A stretch of DNA of 32,466 nucleotides, from assembly GCA_025450975.1 (NCBI GenBank), contig JANWLI010000191.1, positions 1 to 32,466 on the forward strand, in the 5' to 3' direction. A program made the translations under genes and the position numbers. Below the pieces are notes generated by a model, which ran no database searches, was not told where the DNA came from, and saw only the letters and a program-made list of their open reading frames with translations. Origin of the DNA: Candidatus Kapaibacterium sp. GTDB lineage: Bacteria > Bacteroidota > Ignavibacteria > Palsa-1295. Positions 1 through 9,090 of the stretch are shown here, piece by piece. Position 1 is the first letter of the stretch, and the number at the start of each line of letters is the position of its first letter.

Positions 1-1
1 G

Positions 2-874
2 ATCACCGGTAATATACAAGTTGGCTATACACTCTCGGCCTCCACAGAGGGCAAGGGTATCTGGACAGCACACGTCGCCCCCTCCGATTCTGTTGCGGAT
101 TGGAAACAGGCTACTACTCTTGACTGGACAAACTGTTACGAACTGGTTACCATCAATGACCAAACGCTCTACGCACTTGCTAATATCGGAGGTCAGGTAA
201 AACTGATCACCAGCGCCGACAGAGGTTTCAAGTGGAGTGCTACAACCATTAACCAGCCTGAGGGAGGACCTTTATTCTTGGCAGTTAATGGACAAAACCT
301 AATTGCCGTAGCCAAGAACGGAGCTAGCACCCACTATACTGCTAAGACTCTTAGCAATCGTTTTGTACTGCCACCGATCAATGCAACTGAGGTCAATGAT
401 CTATCCGGAGGCGTAGGCGTTTTTGCTATTGCAGCAGACAGCGGCATGTTCATCTGCAGCGCGAATAGCCTCAAATGGCAGAATGTAAGTTCCGGCTCGC
501 TGGTAGAGAAGACCAGACAGGATGCTCATGCTAAAGGCTCTCTCCTCCTCTTACAAGCAGGCGAGAACAGTCTTGATCCTGGGAATACCTGGGATGCAGG
601 CAAGTGCCACGGAGTCATCGGCGGAGCGACGTCAACGTACTTCATAACTGCGAAGGTGTCTGAGGCAATTAATGAGTTTTCTCTTGGAACGCTAAGCGGA
701 AATAAGTATACTGACGTACTTCCAGTTCAGTATATTTTCTTAAAGGAGGCTAATAGTACAAATGTAGGATTAGATACATACCGCCTCATTATCTACTATG
801 CAAAAGGAATAGGCCCGGTGTATATTCAGAGCTACCTCGGCCAGGTACTACTCTCGGAAATGTACCGGAATTAA
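2..874 (+). CDS. 3' part of a larger gene: BNR/Asp-box (beta-propeller-like) repeat protein; 5' end lies outside the window
   Basis: The frame of track ORF 278..874 stays open back to nt 2, so the TTG at 278 is only the ORF caller's first start. The upstream translation contains SADRGFKW (SxDxGxxW Asp-box, nt 212-235). Confidence 0.5.
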   Translation: MTGNIQVGYTLSASTEGKGIWTAHVAPSDSVADWKQATTLDWTNCYELVTINDQTLYALANIGGQVKLITSADRGFKWSATTINQPEGGPLFLAVNGQNLIAVAKNGASTHYTAKTLSNRFVLPPINATEVNDLSGGVGVFAIAADSGMFICSANSLKWQNVSSGSLVEKTRQDAHAKGSLLLLQAGENSLDPGNTWDAGKCHGVIGGATSTYFITAKVSEAINEFSLGTLSGNKYTDVLPVQYIFLKEANSTNVGLDTYRLIIYYAKGIGPVYIQSYLGQVLLSEMYRN

Positions 875-1675
875 TTAGGCCCCGAACGTCGCTTCGTTTT
901 CACGCTCAAGTTCTTCTTCGTCGAACAGCGCTTCTGCACGGCGATGCTTAGCAAGCTTTGCTATACGTTCGATAACAAACCGAATTACGCCAAAGAGGAT
1001 AAAGGCCGAGAATAGAGGGAAGATCGCAACACCTTTCGTGACGATCGCAGTTACCAGTCCGATAACAAACCCACCGAAAAGAAGCGGCTTCTCCTTGATG
1101 CCGCGGCCGGAGAACTTCGGCATCGCTTCGTAACGAACGGTGCTGACCATCAGCATGGAAGCGCCGATGATCACGATCCACAATCCCGCCTCCGGAGTAA
1201 TATTTACTACAGCAAGCCTCGATGGCTCCATATAGTAAAACGAAATGAACGAAACGATGAGAATGGCGGCCGATGGGATCGGCAGACCCTTAAAGTACTC
1301 CTTATCGTAGCCCACAAGTTGTGAGTTGAATCTCGCTAGCCGGAGTGCTCCGCAGATCGCCGGCAATGCGCTGACAAGCAAACTCCATGGTTCGGCGATG
1401 CGGGAAAAATACAGCTGATACGCAATGGCACTAGGTGCGACGCCGAAAGTAACGACATCTGCAAGGGAATCGAGTTCGACACCGAAGTCGCTCGCGGATT
1501 TCGTCAGCCGGGCCATGAGGCCATCGAGCGTATCAAAGAGCGCTCCGAGAACAATGAACCAGCCCGCAGCAATATAGTCGTGGTCGACAAAGGCTGTCTT
1601 GATGGCAATGAATCCGCTAAAGAGATTCATCACCGTAAAGAGATTCGGAATGATCGACCGTGGGGGTAATCTCAT
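875..1675 (-). CDS. pssA: CDP-diacylglycerol--serine O-phosphatidyltransferase (CDP-alcohol phosphatidyltransferase family)
   Basis: Perfect D-x2-DG-x2-AR-x8-G-x3-D-x3-D motif (DTLDGLMARLTKSASDFGVELDSLAD). Multi-TM protein. 4-nt overlap with the upstream psd. Confidence 0.85.
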   Translation of the reverse strand: MRLPPRSIIPNLFTVMNLFSGFIAIKTAFVDHDYIAAGWFIVLGALFDTLDGLMARLTKSASDFGVELDSLADVVTFGVAPSAIAYQLYFSRIAEPWSLLVSALPAICGALRLARFNSQLVGYDKEYFKGLPIPSAAILIVSFISFYYMEPSRLAVVNITPEAGLWIVIIGASMLMVSTVRYEAMPKFSGRGIKEKPLLFGGFVIGLVTAIVTKGVAIFPLFSAFILFGVIRFVIERIAKLAKHRRAEALFDEEELERENEATFGA

Positions 1676-2337
1676 TGATCAGGCCATTCTGCGATCACTG
1701 TTTCACCGGCACGTACTCGCTCACCTTCTTTAACATGGAGGACTGCATTGAGCGGCAGATAGATATCGACGCGCGAACCGAATTTGATCATGCCAAAGCG
1801 TGAGCCGATCTTCACACTGTCTCCAGCCTTCAGATCGCAGACGATGCGTCGCGCGATGTATCCGGTTACCTGACTAAACGTAAGCTTCTTACCATTAGCG
1901 TCGATGCCGATCACCTGACGCTCGTTTCGATGGACTGCGTCCGGTTTGCTTGCGACGAGAAACTCGCCTTTGACATACCGCAAGTACTCTACCATGCCGC
2001 TGACCGGTATCCGATTGACGTGGACATCCAGCGGCGACATGAAAATAGAGATCATGCGAGTCTTCGCTTTCATAAACTCCGGCTCGTCCATCTCAGCAAT
2101 GAGAACGACCTTGCCATCTGCCGGAGATGCGATGATCTTATTGAGCGCCTTACCACCAGTTGCAATTTCCCGACCCGGATCACGGAAGAAATTCAAAGCA
2201 AAGATCGATAAGAACGCAGCGATCGCATACATGAGTATGCGTAGCCAGCGTTCATCCGTCCAGATCGCAATACCGACGATGAGGATTACTGCGATCGCAA
2301 CGCCAATGAGGACGTCAATACCGTATCGTGTTAACAT
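1672..2337 (-). CDS. psd: Phosphatidylserine decarboxylase proenzyme (short form)
   Basis: N-terminal TM helices, a C-terminal FGSRV self-cleavage-type G-S motif, length ~220 aa, and operon context with pssA. Confidence 0.85.
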   Translation of the reverse strand: MLTRYGIDVLIGVAIAVILIVGIAIWTDERWLRILMYAIAAFLSIFALNFFRDPGREIATGGKALNKIIASPADGKVVLIAEMDEPEFMKAKTRMISIFMSPLDVHVNRIPVSGMVEYLRYVKGEFLVASKPDAVHRNERQVIGIDANGKKLTFSQVTGYIARRIVCDLKAGDSVKIGSRFGMIKFGSRVDIYLPLNAVLHVKEGERVRAGETVIAEWPDQ

Positions 2338-2339
2338 AG

Positions 2340-3068
2340 TTATGCAAGCACCTCGCCCGTGATACGACGGAGCATCTCAGCGTAGGCATCTTCTACACCG
2401 CCGAGATCAAAACGAAAGCGATCTTTGTCCAGCTTCTTGCCAGTGGCAGCATCCCAGAAGCGGCACGTATCCGGAGATATCTCGTCACCAAGCAACATCG
2501 TGCCTTTATGTTTTCCAAACTCCAGCTTGAAGTCAACAAGCGTAATGCCACGCTCTTCAAAAAAAGCTTTCAGCAGCTGGTTGACCTGTATCGCTGTCGC
2601 GCGAATTTCGTCAATATCCTCTTGCGTGGCAACACCAAGTGCGATTGCATGACTTTCATTGATCAGAGGATCGCCGAGATCGTCTCGCTTATAGCTGAAT
2701 TCAAATGTCGGTTCGGAGAAGACCAATCCTTCCGGAGCGCCGTAACGCTTGACGAATGATCCAGCTGCGCGGTTGCGCATGATGACTTCCAATGGTACGA
2801 TCGCCAGCTTCTTTATCAGCATCTCATTCGGAGAAAGCTGATCCACAAAATGAGTCTTAATCCCTTGCTTCTCTAAGTAGCGAAACAAGAATGAAGCAAC
2901 GGTATTGTTGACCGTTCCTTTGGCTTCCCATGAGCCACGCTTCTCGCCATTGAAGGCGGTGGCATCATTTTTGAATTCCTGAATTACGTGATCCGGATCG
3001 CCTGCGACTTCCCAGACCTTCTTTGCTTTACCTTCGTAGAGGAGTTTGCCTTTTTGTAGTTGAGCCAT
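2340..3068 (-). CDS. purC: Phosphoribosylaminoimidazole-succinocarboxamide (SAICAR) synthase
   Basis: LLYEGKAKKVW N-terminal signature, ~240 aa, typical SAICAR synthetase sequence throughout. Confidence 0.9.
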   Translation of the reverse strand: MAQLQKGKLLYEGKAKKVWEVAGDPDHVIQEFKNDATAFNGEKRGSWEAKGTVNNTVASFLFRYLEKQGIKTHFVDQLSPNEMLIKKLAIVPLEVIMRNRAAGSFVKRYGAPEGLVFSEPTFEFSYKRDDLGDPLINESHAIALGVATQEDIDEIRATAIQVNQLLKAFFEERGITLVDFKLEFGKHKGTMLLGDEISPDTCRFWDAATGKKLDKDRFRFDLGGVEDAYAEMLRRITGEVLA

Positions 3069-3871
3069 TACTGAAAAAATCCGATATTGACACCTAAGTT
3101 GAACACCAACCCTGACCCGGTAATATTAGTTAATGCATCCGTATTTCCAAGGCTGACGTCGCCGTCCACTTTCCATTCGCCAATTATTGAGGTGATCTGG
3201 TAACCACCTGCAAGGTGGAACATGAGATAATCCTTCGGGGCCCATTCGATCTGAAGCTGAGGCTTTACAATGAAAAAGTTAGAGCTATACGTATGGGTAA
3301 TATTCGTGCTGGGGTTATCAAACTCAGAATTGATATCGAATTTCAAGCGGTTTGCAGCTTGTTTTGCTTCGATATCGACTCCGCCAAGGCCAAGCTCGAC
3401 GCCAAACAGGAAAAACATCCTATTTACCGCGATCGGGAGCGCATAGTCAAGCGTAAGAGCGCCATAACCAACAGAGTATTTAAGAGAGCGGGTTACCGGT
3501 TGCAGGGAGATCGTGTCATCGACACAGCAGCGTTCCGAACTTCCGCCGTACCCGAGCCCGCCGATCCGCAGGTTTTTCACATACGGGAATGGCATAAAGC
3601 CTCGGCCACCAAAGAGCAGGACTCGCTCGTCAAGATCTTGTCCGACAAATGGTTGGGCTATGTTCTTATTAAAATCCGCAAGGTCAGGCATAAAATACCC
3701 GACATAAAAACCACCGCCGAGCCAGCTATACGACACAGTCGATTCCTCTTCGTAGAGCTCGGAATCGAGATAATTGGTCGTATCGACGGCTATGTCCGGC
3801 TGGGCAAAAAGGACTGAGGCCGGCAAGAGGAAAACGGTGAAGAAAATGATACAGCGTTTTGTAATGTTCAT
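3068..3871 (-). CDS. Putative outer-membrane beta-barrel protein (hypothetical)
   Basis: Signal peptide MNITKRCIIFFTVFLLPASVLFAQ. Gly/aromatic-rich alternating pattern. C-terminal ...GVNIGFFQ. Confidence 0.45.
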   Translation of the reverse strand: MNITKRCIIFFTVFLLPASVLFAQPDIAVDTTNYLDSELYEEESTVSYSWLGGGFYVGYFMPDLADFNKNIAQPFVGQDLDERVLLFGGRGFMPFPYVKNLRIGGLGYGGSSERCCVDDTISLQPVTRSLKYSVGYGALTLDYALPIAVNRMFFLFGVELGLGGVDIEAKQAANRLKFDINSEFDNPSTNITHTYSSNFFIVKPQLQIEWAPKDYLMFHLAGGYQITSIIGEWKVDGDVSLGNTDALTNITGSGLVFNLGVNIGFFQ

Positions 3872-3913
3872 TCGTGCTTCAAACTTGAACTCTAGAACAA
3901 CACATAATTCACA

Positions 3914-5380
3914 GTGGAGAATTCACAGTATCTCGTGCAAAATGAACAGGAAGTAACCGAAAGAGCGCCGAAACCCCGTAAAGGCGATCTACTGACTCTC
4001 CGGACGTCCTCTGTTGCCTTTGAAGGTAAGGCCGTCTCGCGCCGCGCCGATGGATTCGTGATCTTTATCGAAGGCGCTCTCGCTAATGAGGAGGTCGAAG
4101 CCGAGATCGTAAAGGTGAAGTCCAGCTTTGCCGAAGCTAAGACGCTTCGCGTCACCGATCCTTCTCCAGATAGAAGAGACCCGATCTGCCCCTACTTCGG
4201 ACCCTGCGGGGGTTGCTCCTTGCAGCACATGAAATACGAAGCGCAGCTGGCAGCGAAAACAAATCAGGTCCGCGAAGTTTTCGAACACATCGGAAAGATC
4301 GCAAATCCTCCGGTTCGCGATGCATTCGGCGATCCGGCCCGAGAATTCCATTATCGGAACAAGATGGAATTCTCCTTCAGCGAAGAGCGATGGCTGACCC
4401 CAGAGGAAATTGCCTCCGGTGACGTCGCTGACCGTTTTGCCTTGGGCCTTCACGTACGAGGCCGGTATGATCGGGTCCTCGATACTGAAGTCTGCTACAT
4501 CGCAAATCAAACTGCACAACGGGTTCTTGCCGTGACTCGAACCTTCGTCCGCGAAAATAACCTGCGCGTCTTCAATCCGGATACTCTGCCTGAAGGTGTA
4601 CTGCGGTTTCTTGTAGTTCGGACTAGTCTTGCAACACAAGAAACGATGGTGAACATCGTCACCTCCCATTACAACGAGAACCTCATGGAGCAATACTCGC
4701 AGAAGCTCCGAGCCGAGGTGCCGGAAGTATCGACGATCGTCAACAATGTCAATGGTCGCCGTGCGCAGGTTGCCCAGGGCGATGCCGAGTATGCGATTTT
4801 CGGAAGTGGCTTCATTACCGATCGGATCGGCAAGATCGATTTCCGGATCTCGGCAAACTCGTTTTTCCAAACCAATACCTTGCAGGCAGAACGGCTTTAC
4901 GAGATCGGCAAGGAATTCGCAGATCTCAAGTCCGACGATACCGTCTGGGATCTGTACTGCGGTACCGGGACGATCTCGCTCTTCGTCGCGCCGGCGGTAA
5001 AAAAAGTCCTCGGCATTGAGATGGCTGAAAGTGCCATTGCCGATGCTAAGGCCAATGCCGCTCGTGACGGCATCACTAACGTCGACTTCATCGCCGGCGA
5101 TCTGCGGAAAGTGCTGCTTAGTGACTCAATACCTTCAGCCTTCCATTCGCCGGATGCCCTGATCATCGATCCGCCGCGATCAGGAATGCATCCCGATGTT
5201 GTCAAGACGATCCTCGAGTTGGCGCCGGAGCGGATCAGCTACATCAGCTGCAATCCTGCAACGCAGGCTCGGGATGTTGCCCTGCTGCTGGAAAAATACG
5301 ACCTCCTTGCTTTGCAACCGGTCGATATGTTTCCTCAGACCTGGCATATCGAGTGTGTTGCAAAGCTTGTCAGACGATGA
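3914..5380 (+). CDS. rlmD: 23S rRNA (uracil-C5)-methyltransferase, RumA/RlmD family (TRAM + Fe-S + SAM-MTase)
   Basis: CPYFGPCGGCSLQH Fe-S cluster motif; DLYCGTGT SAM motif I; IIDPPRSG motif IV; ISCNPAT catalytic-Cys motif. GTG start at 3914. Confidence 0.85.
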   Translation: MENSQYLVQNEQEVTERAPKPRKGDLLTLRTSSVAFEGKAVSRRADGFVIFIEGALANEEVEAEIVKVKSSFAEAKTLRVTDPSPDRRDPICPYFGPCGGCSLQHMKYEAQLAAKTNQVREVFEHIGKIANPPVRDAFGDPAREFHYRNKMEFSFSEERWLTPEEIASGDVADRFALGLHVRGRYDRVLDTEVCYIANQTAQRVLAVTRTFVRENNLRVFNPDTLPEGVLRFLVVRTSLATQETMVNIVTSHYNENLMEQYSQKLRAEVPEVSTIVNNVNGRRAQVAQGDAEYAIFGSGFITDRIGKIDFRISANSFFQTNTLQAERLYEIGKEFADLKSDDTVWDLYCGTGTISLFVAPAVKKVLGIEMAESAIADAKANAARDGITNVDFIAGDLRKVLLSDSIPSAFHSPDALIIDPPRSGMHPDVVKTILELAPERISYISCNPATQARDVALLLEKYDLLALQPVDMFPQTWHIECVAKLVRR

Positions 5381-5806
5381 TCACAGCGACATAATGTGCA
5401 ATGGGATCCAGATCGTATCCGATCCCATGATATGACGGCCCAAAGCCATATCGCCAATACGCCCATGTGCATTTGTGAATTGATACACAGCATGATCGTC
5501 GGTACTTTGAATGAGTTTGAGGTTTTTTAGGGGCCGCACTCCTGGTGCGAGCGGTACCATCAATAAACTGTCAGGTAGTTCTATATAGACCTTCGCAGCT
5601 GAAGCGTGGGTACGAAGCGAATTGATATCGACAGCACCGACTGTTTTTCTGGCATGCGGTGGGATCCGTTTGTCTCCCGGCGGATCCGGTCGCCCGGGCT
5701 GAGCTGCTAATGTATCGACCGTCTGCTGGGCCGGAACTGCCGGCTCCTCTTTCTTACAGCCAAAAGTCAGAAACGAAAGAACAAAAACAAATAGTAGGGT
5801 CTTCAT
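5381..5806 (-). CDS. Hypothetical lipoprotein
   Basis: The internal ATG at 5806 gives MKTLLFVFVLSFLTFGC (lipobox). The track start at 5836 would overlap the dnaX stop by 23 nt. Confidence 0.5.
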   Translation of the reverse strand: MKTLLFVFVLSFLTFGCKKEEPAVPAQQTVDTLAAQPGRPDPPGDKRIPPHARKTVGAVDINSLRTHASAAKVYIELPDSLLMVPLAPGVRPLKNLKLIQSTDDHAVYQFTNAHGRIGDMALGRHIMGSDTIWIPLHIMSL

Positions 5807-5813
5807 AAGCTTA

Positions 5814-7505
5814 TCAATTAACTGGCGTCGCGCCAAGGTCTCGCATTAACGCTTCCTCGAGCGGACTGAGTTCAACATTCTGAGCAACGGCTGCCGGCAT
5901 CTCGTAGGATGCGCCGTTCGGCTTAGCTTCCGGCGGCCTTGCAGGTTGCGGCATAGGCGGCGCTTCGAGCTTCTTCTCGGTGCGATGCAGGACGTAGTTC
6001 GCTGCCGGGCCGAAAACTACACGAAGCTGCTCCTCGAAGACATGGCCGACTCTGGCGAACGTGTCGACCGTGTGGTTCTTGGAAACCTCGATCGTCAGCG
6101 TGTTGCCTTCCTGGCCTGCGAAGCGGATATCGTCGGAGATCATCTTGAACGGGATGCTCTTGGTTGTCAACGACTCCTTGAAGCTTAGCCAACGATCTTC
6201 GGTGGCAACGACTACCGGAGCGCCGTTGGTCGCAGGTGCTGGCTTCGGCGGAGCTGGTGTTGGTGCAGCTGCTGCAACCGGCTCGGGTGCTGCCGCTACT
6301 GGCGTTACCTCGAGGTCAGGCTTTTTTTTTACAGAGGATGAAGGGGCGAGAGGGGCACCTCCGTTGAGGCCTCGGACCTCATTGATCAGCGTCATGATGT
6401 CGACGGCCTTCTCGGCAAGAGCCATTTCGACGAGCATCATCTCAAGGATCATCCTCGGACTCGGCGCGTTGCGAAGATCGGCCAAAGCCTTGAGGCCGAT
6501 CCTCGTCAGCTTCAGGACATCACCCTCCGAGAAGTGCTTCGCATCGGCCAGGTAGCGATCGGCGTGATGCTTCGACACTTCAAGCAACGCTACGTTACGC
6601 GTAACGATCACGGTCAGCAGCGCTCGGTAATGCTCGAGCAGGCCGCCGATAAACTCCTCGACGTCGTAGCCTCGCATCACTACATCGTTGGCAAGACCGA
6701 AGGCCTTGGCGTTGTCGCGGGCTGCGATGGCGTCAGTCACTGCAAAGAAGAAGTCGGCATCGATCAGGTTCAGCGCCTGACGTAGCGCCTCAAAGTCAAG
6801 CTTGCCACCGCTGAAGGCTACTGCCTGATCGAAGATCGACTGCGCGTCGCGCATCGAGCCATCGCCCTTCTTCGCGATAGCGATCAGCGCTTCGTCATCG
6901 GCATCGTAACCATCGGCCTTGGCGATGAGTCGCAAGTGATTGACGATCTCCTCGACCTGCATCCTCCGAAAATCGTAACGCTGCGTTCTGGAGAGGATCG
7001 TCGGCAGCACCTTCTGAACTTCGGTCGTGGCGAAGATGAAGATCAGGTGACGCGGCGGTTCTTCGAGCGTCTTGAGAAGCGCATTGAAAGCGCTTGTCGA
7101 GAGCATGTGAACTTCGTCGATGATGATGACCCGGTACTTGCCTTGAATAGGCGGGTACTTGACGTTATCACGCATCGCGCGGACATCGTCGACCGAGTTG
7201 TTCGAGGCGCCATCGATCTCGGAAACGTCCATCGACGATCCGCCGGTGATCGAAATGCAGACATCACACTTGTTGCAGGGCTCGTAGCCGTTCTTCTCGG
7301 CATTCGGACAGTTGATGGCCTTTGCCAGAAGACGGGCGACGGTCGTCTTGCCACAGCCGCGCTGGCCGGTGAAGAGATAGGCATGCGCTAAGCGGCCTTC
7401 GCGAATGGCGTTCTTCAACGTACGCGTGACGTGATCCTGCCCAACGACTTCATCGAATCGCTGCGGACGCCACTTGCGAGCGGTTACTTGGTACTGTTCC
7501 GACAT
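5814..7505 (-). CDS. dnaX: DNA polymerase III subunit gamma/tau
   Basis: Walker A GQRGCGKTT, Zn module CNKCDVC, Walker B IIIDEVHMLS, SRTQ sensor, Pro/Ala-rich linker, then a tau-type C-terminus. Confidence 0.9.
   Translation of the reverse strand: MSEQYQVTARKWRPQRFDEVVGQDHVTRTLKNAIREGRLAHAYLFTGQRGCGKTTVARLLAKAINCPNAEKNGYEPCNKCDVCISITGGSSMDVSEIDGASNNSVDDVRAMRDNVKYPPIQGKYRVIIIDEVHMLSTSAFNALLKTLEEPPRHLIFIFATTEVQKVLPTILSRTQRYDFRRMQVEEIVNHLRLIAKADGYDADDEALIAIAKKGDGSMRDAQSIFDQAVAFSGGKLDFEALRQALNLIDADFFFAVTDAIAARDNAKAFGLANDVVMRGYDVEEFIGGLLEHYRALLTVIVTRNVALLEVSKHHADRYLADAKHFSEGDVLKLTRIGLKALADLRNAPSPRMILEMMLVEMALAEKAVDIMTLINEVRGLNGGAPLAPSSSVKKKPDLEVTPVAAAPEPVAAAAPTPAPPKPAPATNGAPVVVATEDRWLSFKESLTTKSIPFKMISDDIRFAGQEGNTLTIEVSKNHTVDTFARVGHVFEEQLRVVFGPAANYVLHRTEKKLEAPPMPQPARPPEAKPNGASYEMPAAVAQNVELSPLEEALMRDLGATPVN
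6321..6330 (-). promoter_or_regulatory. Candidate dnaX recoding site (A9 run containing A AAA AAG)
   Basis: The minus-strand mRNA reads GUA AAA AAA AAG CCU GAC CUC GAG GUA A. The -1 frame gives GCC UGA (stop after 1 codon). The +1 frame reaches UAA after 5 codons. The site sits at codons 392-395, just before the Pro/Ala linker. Confidence 0.5.
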
Positions 7506-7564
7506 GTGGGGTGTATAACGCAGGATGGGTGGTATCTAGTGTCATAAGAGTAGTCGAGTTGCGA

Positions 7565-7596
7565 GGCGGATAGACGGATAGGCGGGTGGGCGGATA
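7565..7596. repeat. Octamer tandem array (ggcggata/gacggata/ggcgggtg/ggcggata)
   Basis: Direct reading. The same ggcggatagacgg core recurs at 14282-14319. Confidence 0.8.
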
Positions 7597-7598
7597 AA

Positions 7599-8894
7599 TT
7601 AGATGGCCACCTTCGGCCAGCCCATCTGCTTCCGCTGCTCCTTGATGCGCTTGAGGCCATCCTTGCCGCGCATACGGACGATCTCCTTATCGTCCCAGAA
7701 GATGGCGCCGTCTATGAGCTTGGGTTCGAGGGCTTTGAGCTTTGACTCGCGGAGCTTCTCGTCGGGCTCTGCTTTTGCGGCGGCGTAGCGTTTGGCTTCT
7801 TCGTTGGCATCAACTAAACGCTGAAACGTAAATCCACACTGCCGCGCAAGCTCGCGGAACATCGTGCGCGTCTTGTAGACGTCCTTCCAGATCTCCGGCA
7901 TCGGCGGATACATGCTCGGATCCTCGTTGAAGCAACTCATCGCCGCCCGCCATAAGCCCGGAGCAAAATGTACGGACAACGGATCGTAAGCGCCGCCCAT
8001 CACGTCGTGCGCAGCGTCGCCCAAATTTTCCCACGGACACGGAATTTCCCCCTGTAACTCGCTGAAATATTTAGCATTTAGATTTACACACACACTATCG
8101 AGATCGAACGACTGCGGATCGAAATCCGGACGCGACAAGACGATGGCACGCTGATCGGTCAGCACCGGAGTCTGCTCTATCACACGCACTTCCGGAATGA
8201 TGACAGGATCATTAACAACCAGATCCGGCTCGCCCTCATCGGAGATAACCGTATGCTCCACAAAAAGCCGCGGAGCATGTTTACCTTCCCGTACCCCGTC
8301 ACCCGTACCCCGCCCCCCGAGCTCCAATGCTTCCAGTTCTGCAGCTGCGCGTGCATTCTCATCGAGACGAAGCTCCTTTGCGATCGGCTCGATGTGGCGG
8401 GCGATCGCTGCGAGCTTGCCGACGCCGCCATGTTTGATCGTGCCGACTTCGGCGCTCGAATCGGCCTGGCTCCAGACAATAACCGTGATCTCATCTTCGG
8501 TAACGAGGCTGCGCAGGAAAAACAGAAGATCGGTCGCAAGCCGCGGAGTACACGAGGCGAATTCCCACGAATTGATGATGACGACCGAGGCCGAGCCGAT
8601 GTCGTCGCGGAGTTCGCGGCGGCGGCGGGCGAGCTGTCCGCGCGGCGCAGTCAGACAGCTAAAGCGCGGCATGAAGCCCGACGTGGCGTTCTTGCCAAGG
8701 ATCTCGCGCGCCCGCGCCATGAACGTCCACGCAGAGAACGCAGAGTTGATGTAATAGACGGATCGGTTCAGGTTGCGAAGCATCAGCGCCTGCTTAAGCG
8801 ACGCATCGAGATTGCGCTCGGCATGATCGCCCTGGAAGATAGTGACTTCGCGTTCGACAAACGACAGGAGTTTGTAGGTTAGGTTCTTATTCAT
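7599..8894 (-). CDS. Hypothetical protein (431 aa), no family recognised
   Basis: Long GC-rich ORF with backbone-like composition. No motif I can name; the N-terminal half vaguely resembles a RecA/KaiC-like fold but has no P-loop. Confidence 0.5.
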   Translation of the reverse strand: MNKNLTYKLLSFVEREVTIFQGDHAERNLDASLKQALMLRNLNRSVYYINSAFSAWTFMARAREILGKNATSGFMPRFSCLTAPRGQLARRRRELRDDIGSASVVIINSWEFASCTPRLATDLLFFLRSLVTEDEITVIVWSQADSSAEVGTIKHGGVGKLAAIARHIEPIAKELRLDENARAAAELEALELGGRGTGDGVREGKHAPRLFVEHTVISDEGEPDLVVNDPVIIPEVRVIEQTPVLTDQRAIVLSRPDFDPQSFDLDSVCVNLNAKYFSELQGEIPCPWENLGDAAHDVMGGAYDPLSVHFAPGLWRAAMSCFNEDPSMYPPMPEIWKDVYKTRTMFRELARQCGFTFQRLVDANEEAKRYAAAKAEPDEKLRESKLKALEPKLIDGAIFWDDKEIVRMRGKDGLKRIKEQRKQMGWPKVAI

Positions 8895-8952
8895 AGTGGT
8901 TAGTGAGTTTTATGAGTTTGTGAGTTTAATGAGTTGATGCGGAGAGTTGATA

Positions 8953-8994
8953 CCCTACCTGCGAAGCAGGTAGGGGCACTGCATGCAGTGCCCC
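8953..8994. repeat. Two abutting perfect hairpins
   Basis: cctacctgc-gaa-gcaggtagg (10-bp stem, 8953-8975) and the 22-nt perfect palindrome ggggcactgcatgcagtgcccc (8973-8994). Confidence 0.75.
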
Positions 8995-9006
8995 ACCCGG
9001 GAGTTA

Positions 9007-9090
9007 TCTGAACTGGAATTTGTGAAATTCATGGAATTTTTGGAATTCTAATTTCACGAATTCCATCAATTCCATAAATTCCAGTTCAGA
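9007..9090. repeat. 84-bp palindromic element built from 9-bp-spaced tgRaatt repeats
   Basis: tctgaactggaattt (9007-9021) is the exact reverse complement of 9076-9090. Forward tg(g/a)aatt copies lie at 9014, 9023, 9032 and 9041. Inverted aatt(t/c)ca copies lie at 9050, 9059, 9068 and 9077. The centre is near gaattc. Confidence 0.85.

Noticed and set aside
3215-4870. Long antisense or out-of-frame ORFs in GC-rich genes. Examples: 3215..3817, 3989..4870, 6061..6555, 8197..8754, 8253..8882, 15072..15476, 17923..18549, 25969..26859, 29586..30668 and 30930..31577.
   Set aside because: Each overlaps a gene with clear family motifs on the other strand or frame. Their translations are Arg/Ser/Pro-rich and low in complexity, as is typical of shadow ORFs in GC-rich DNA.
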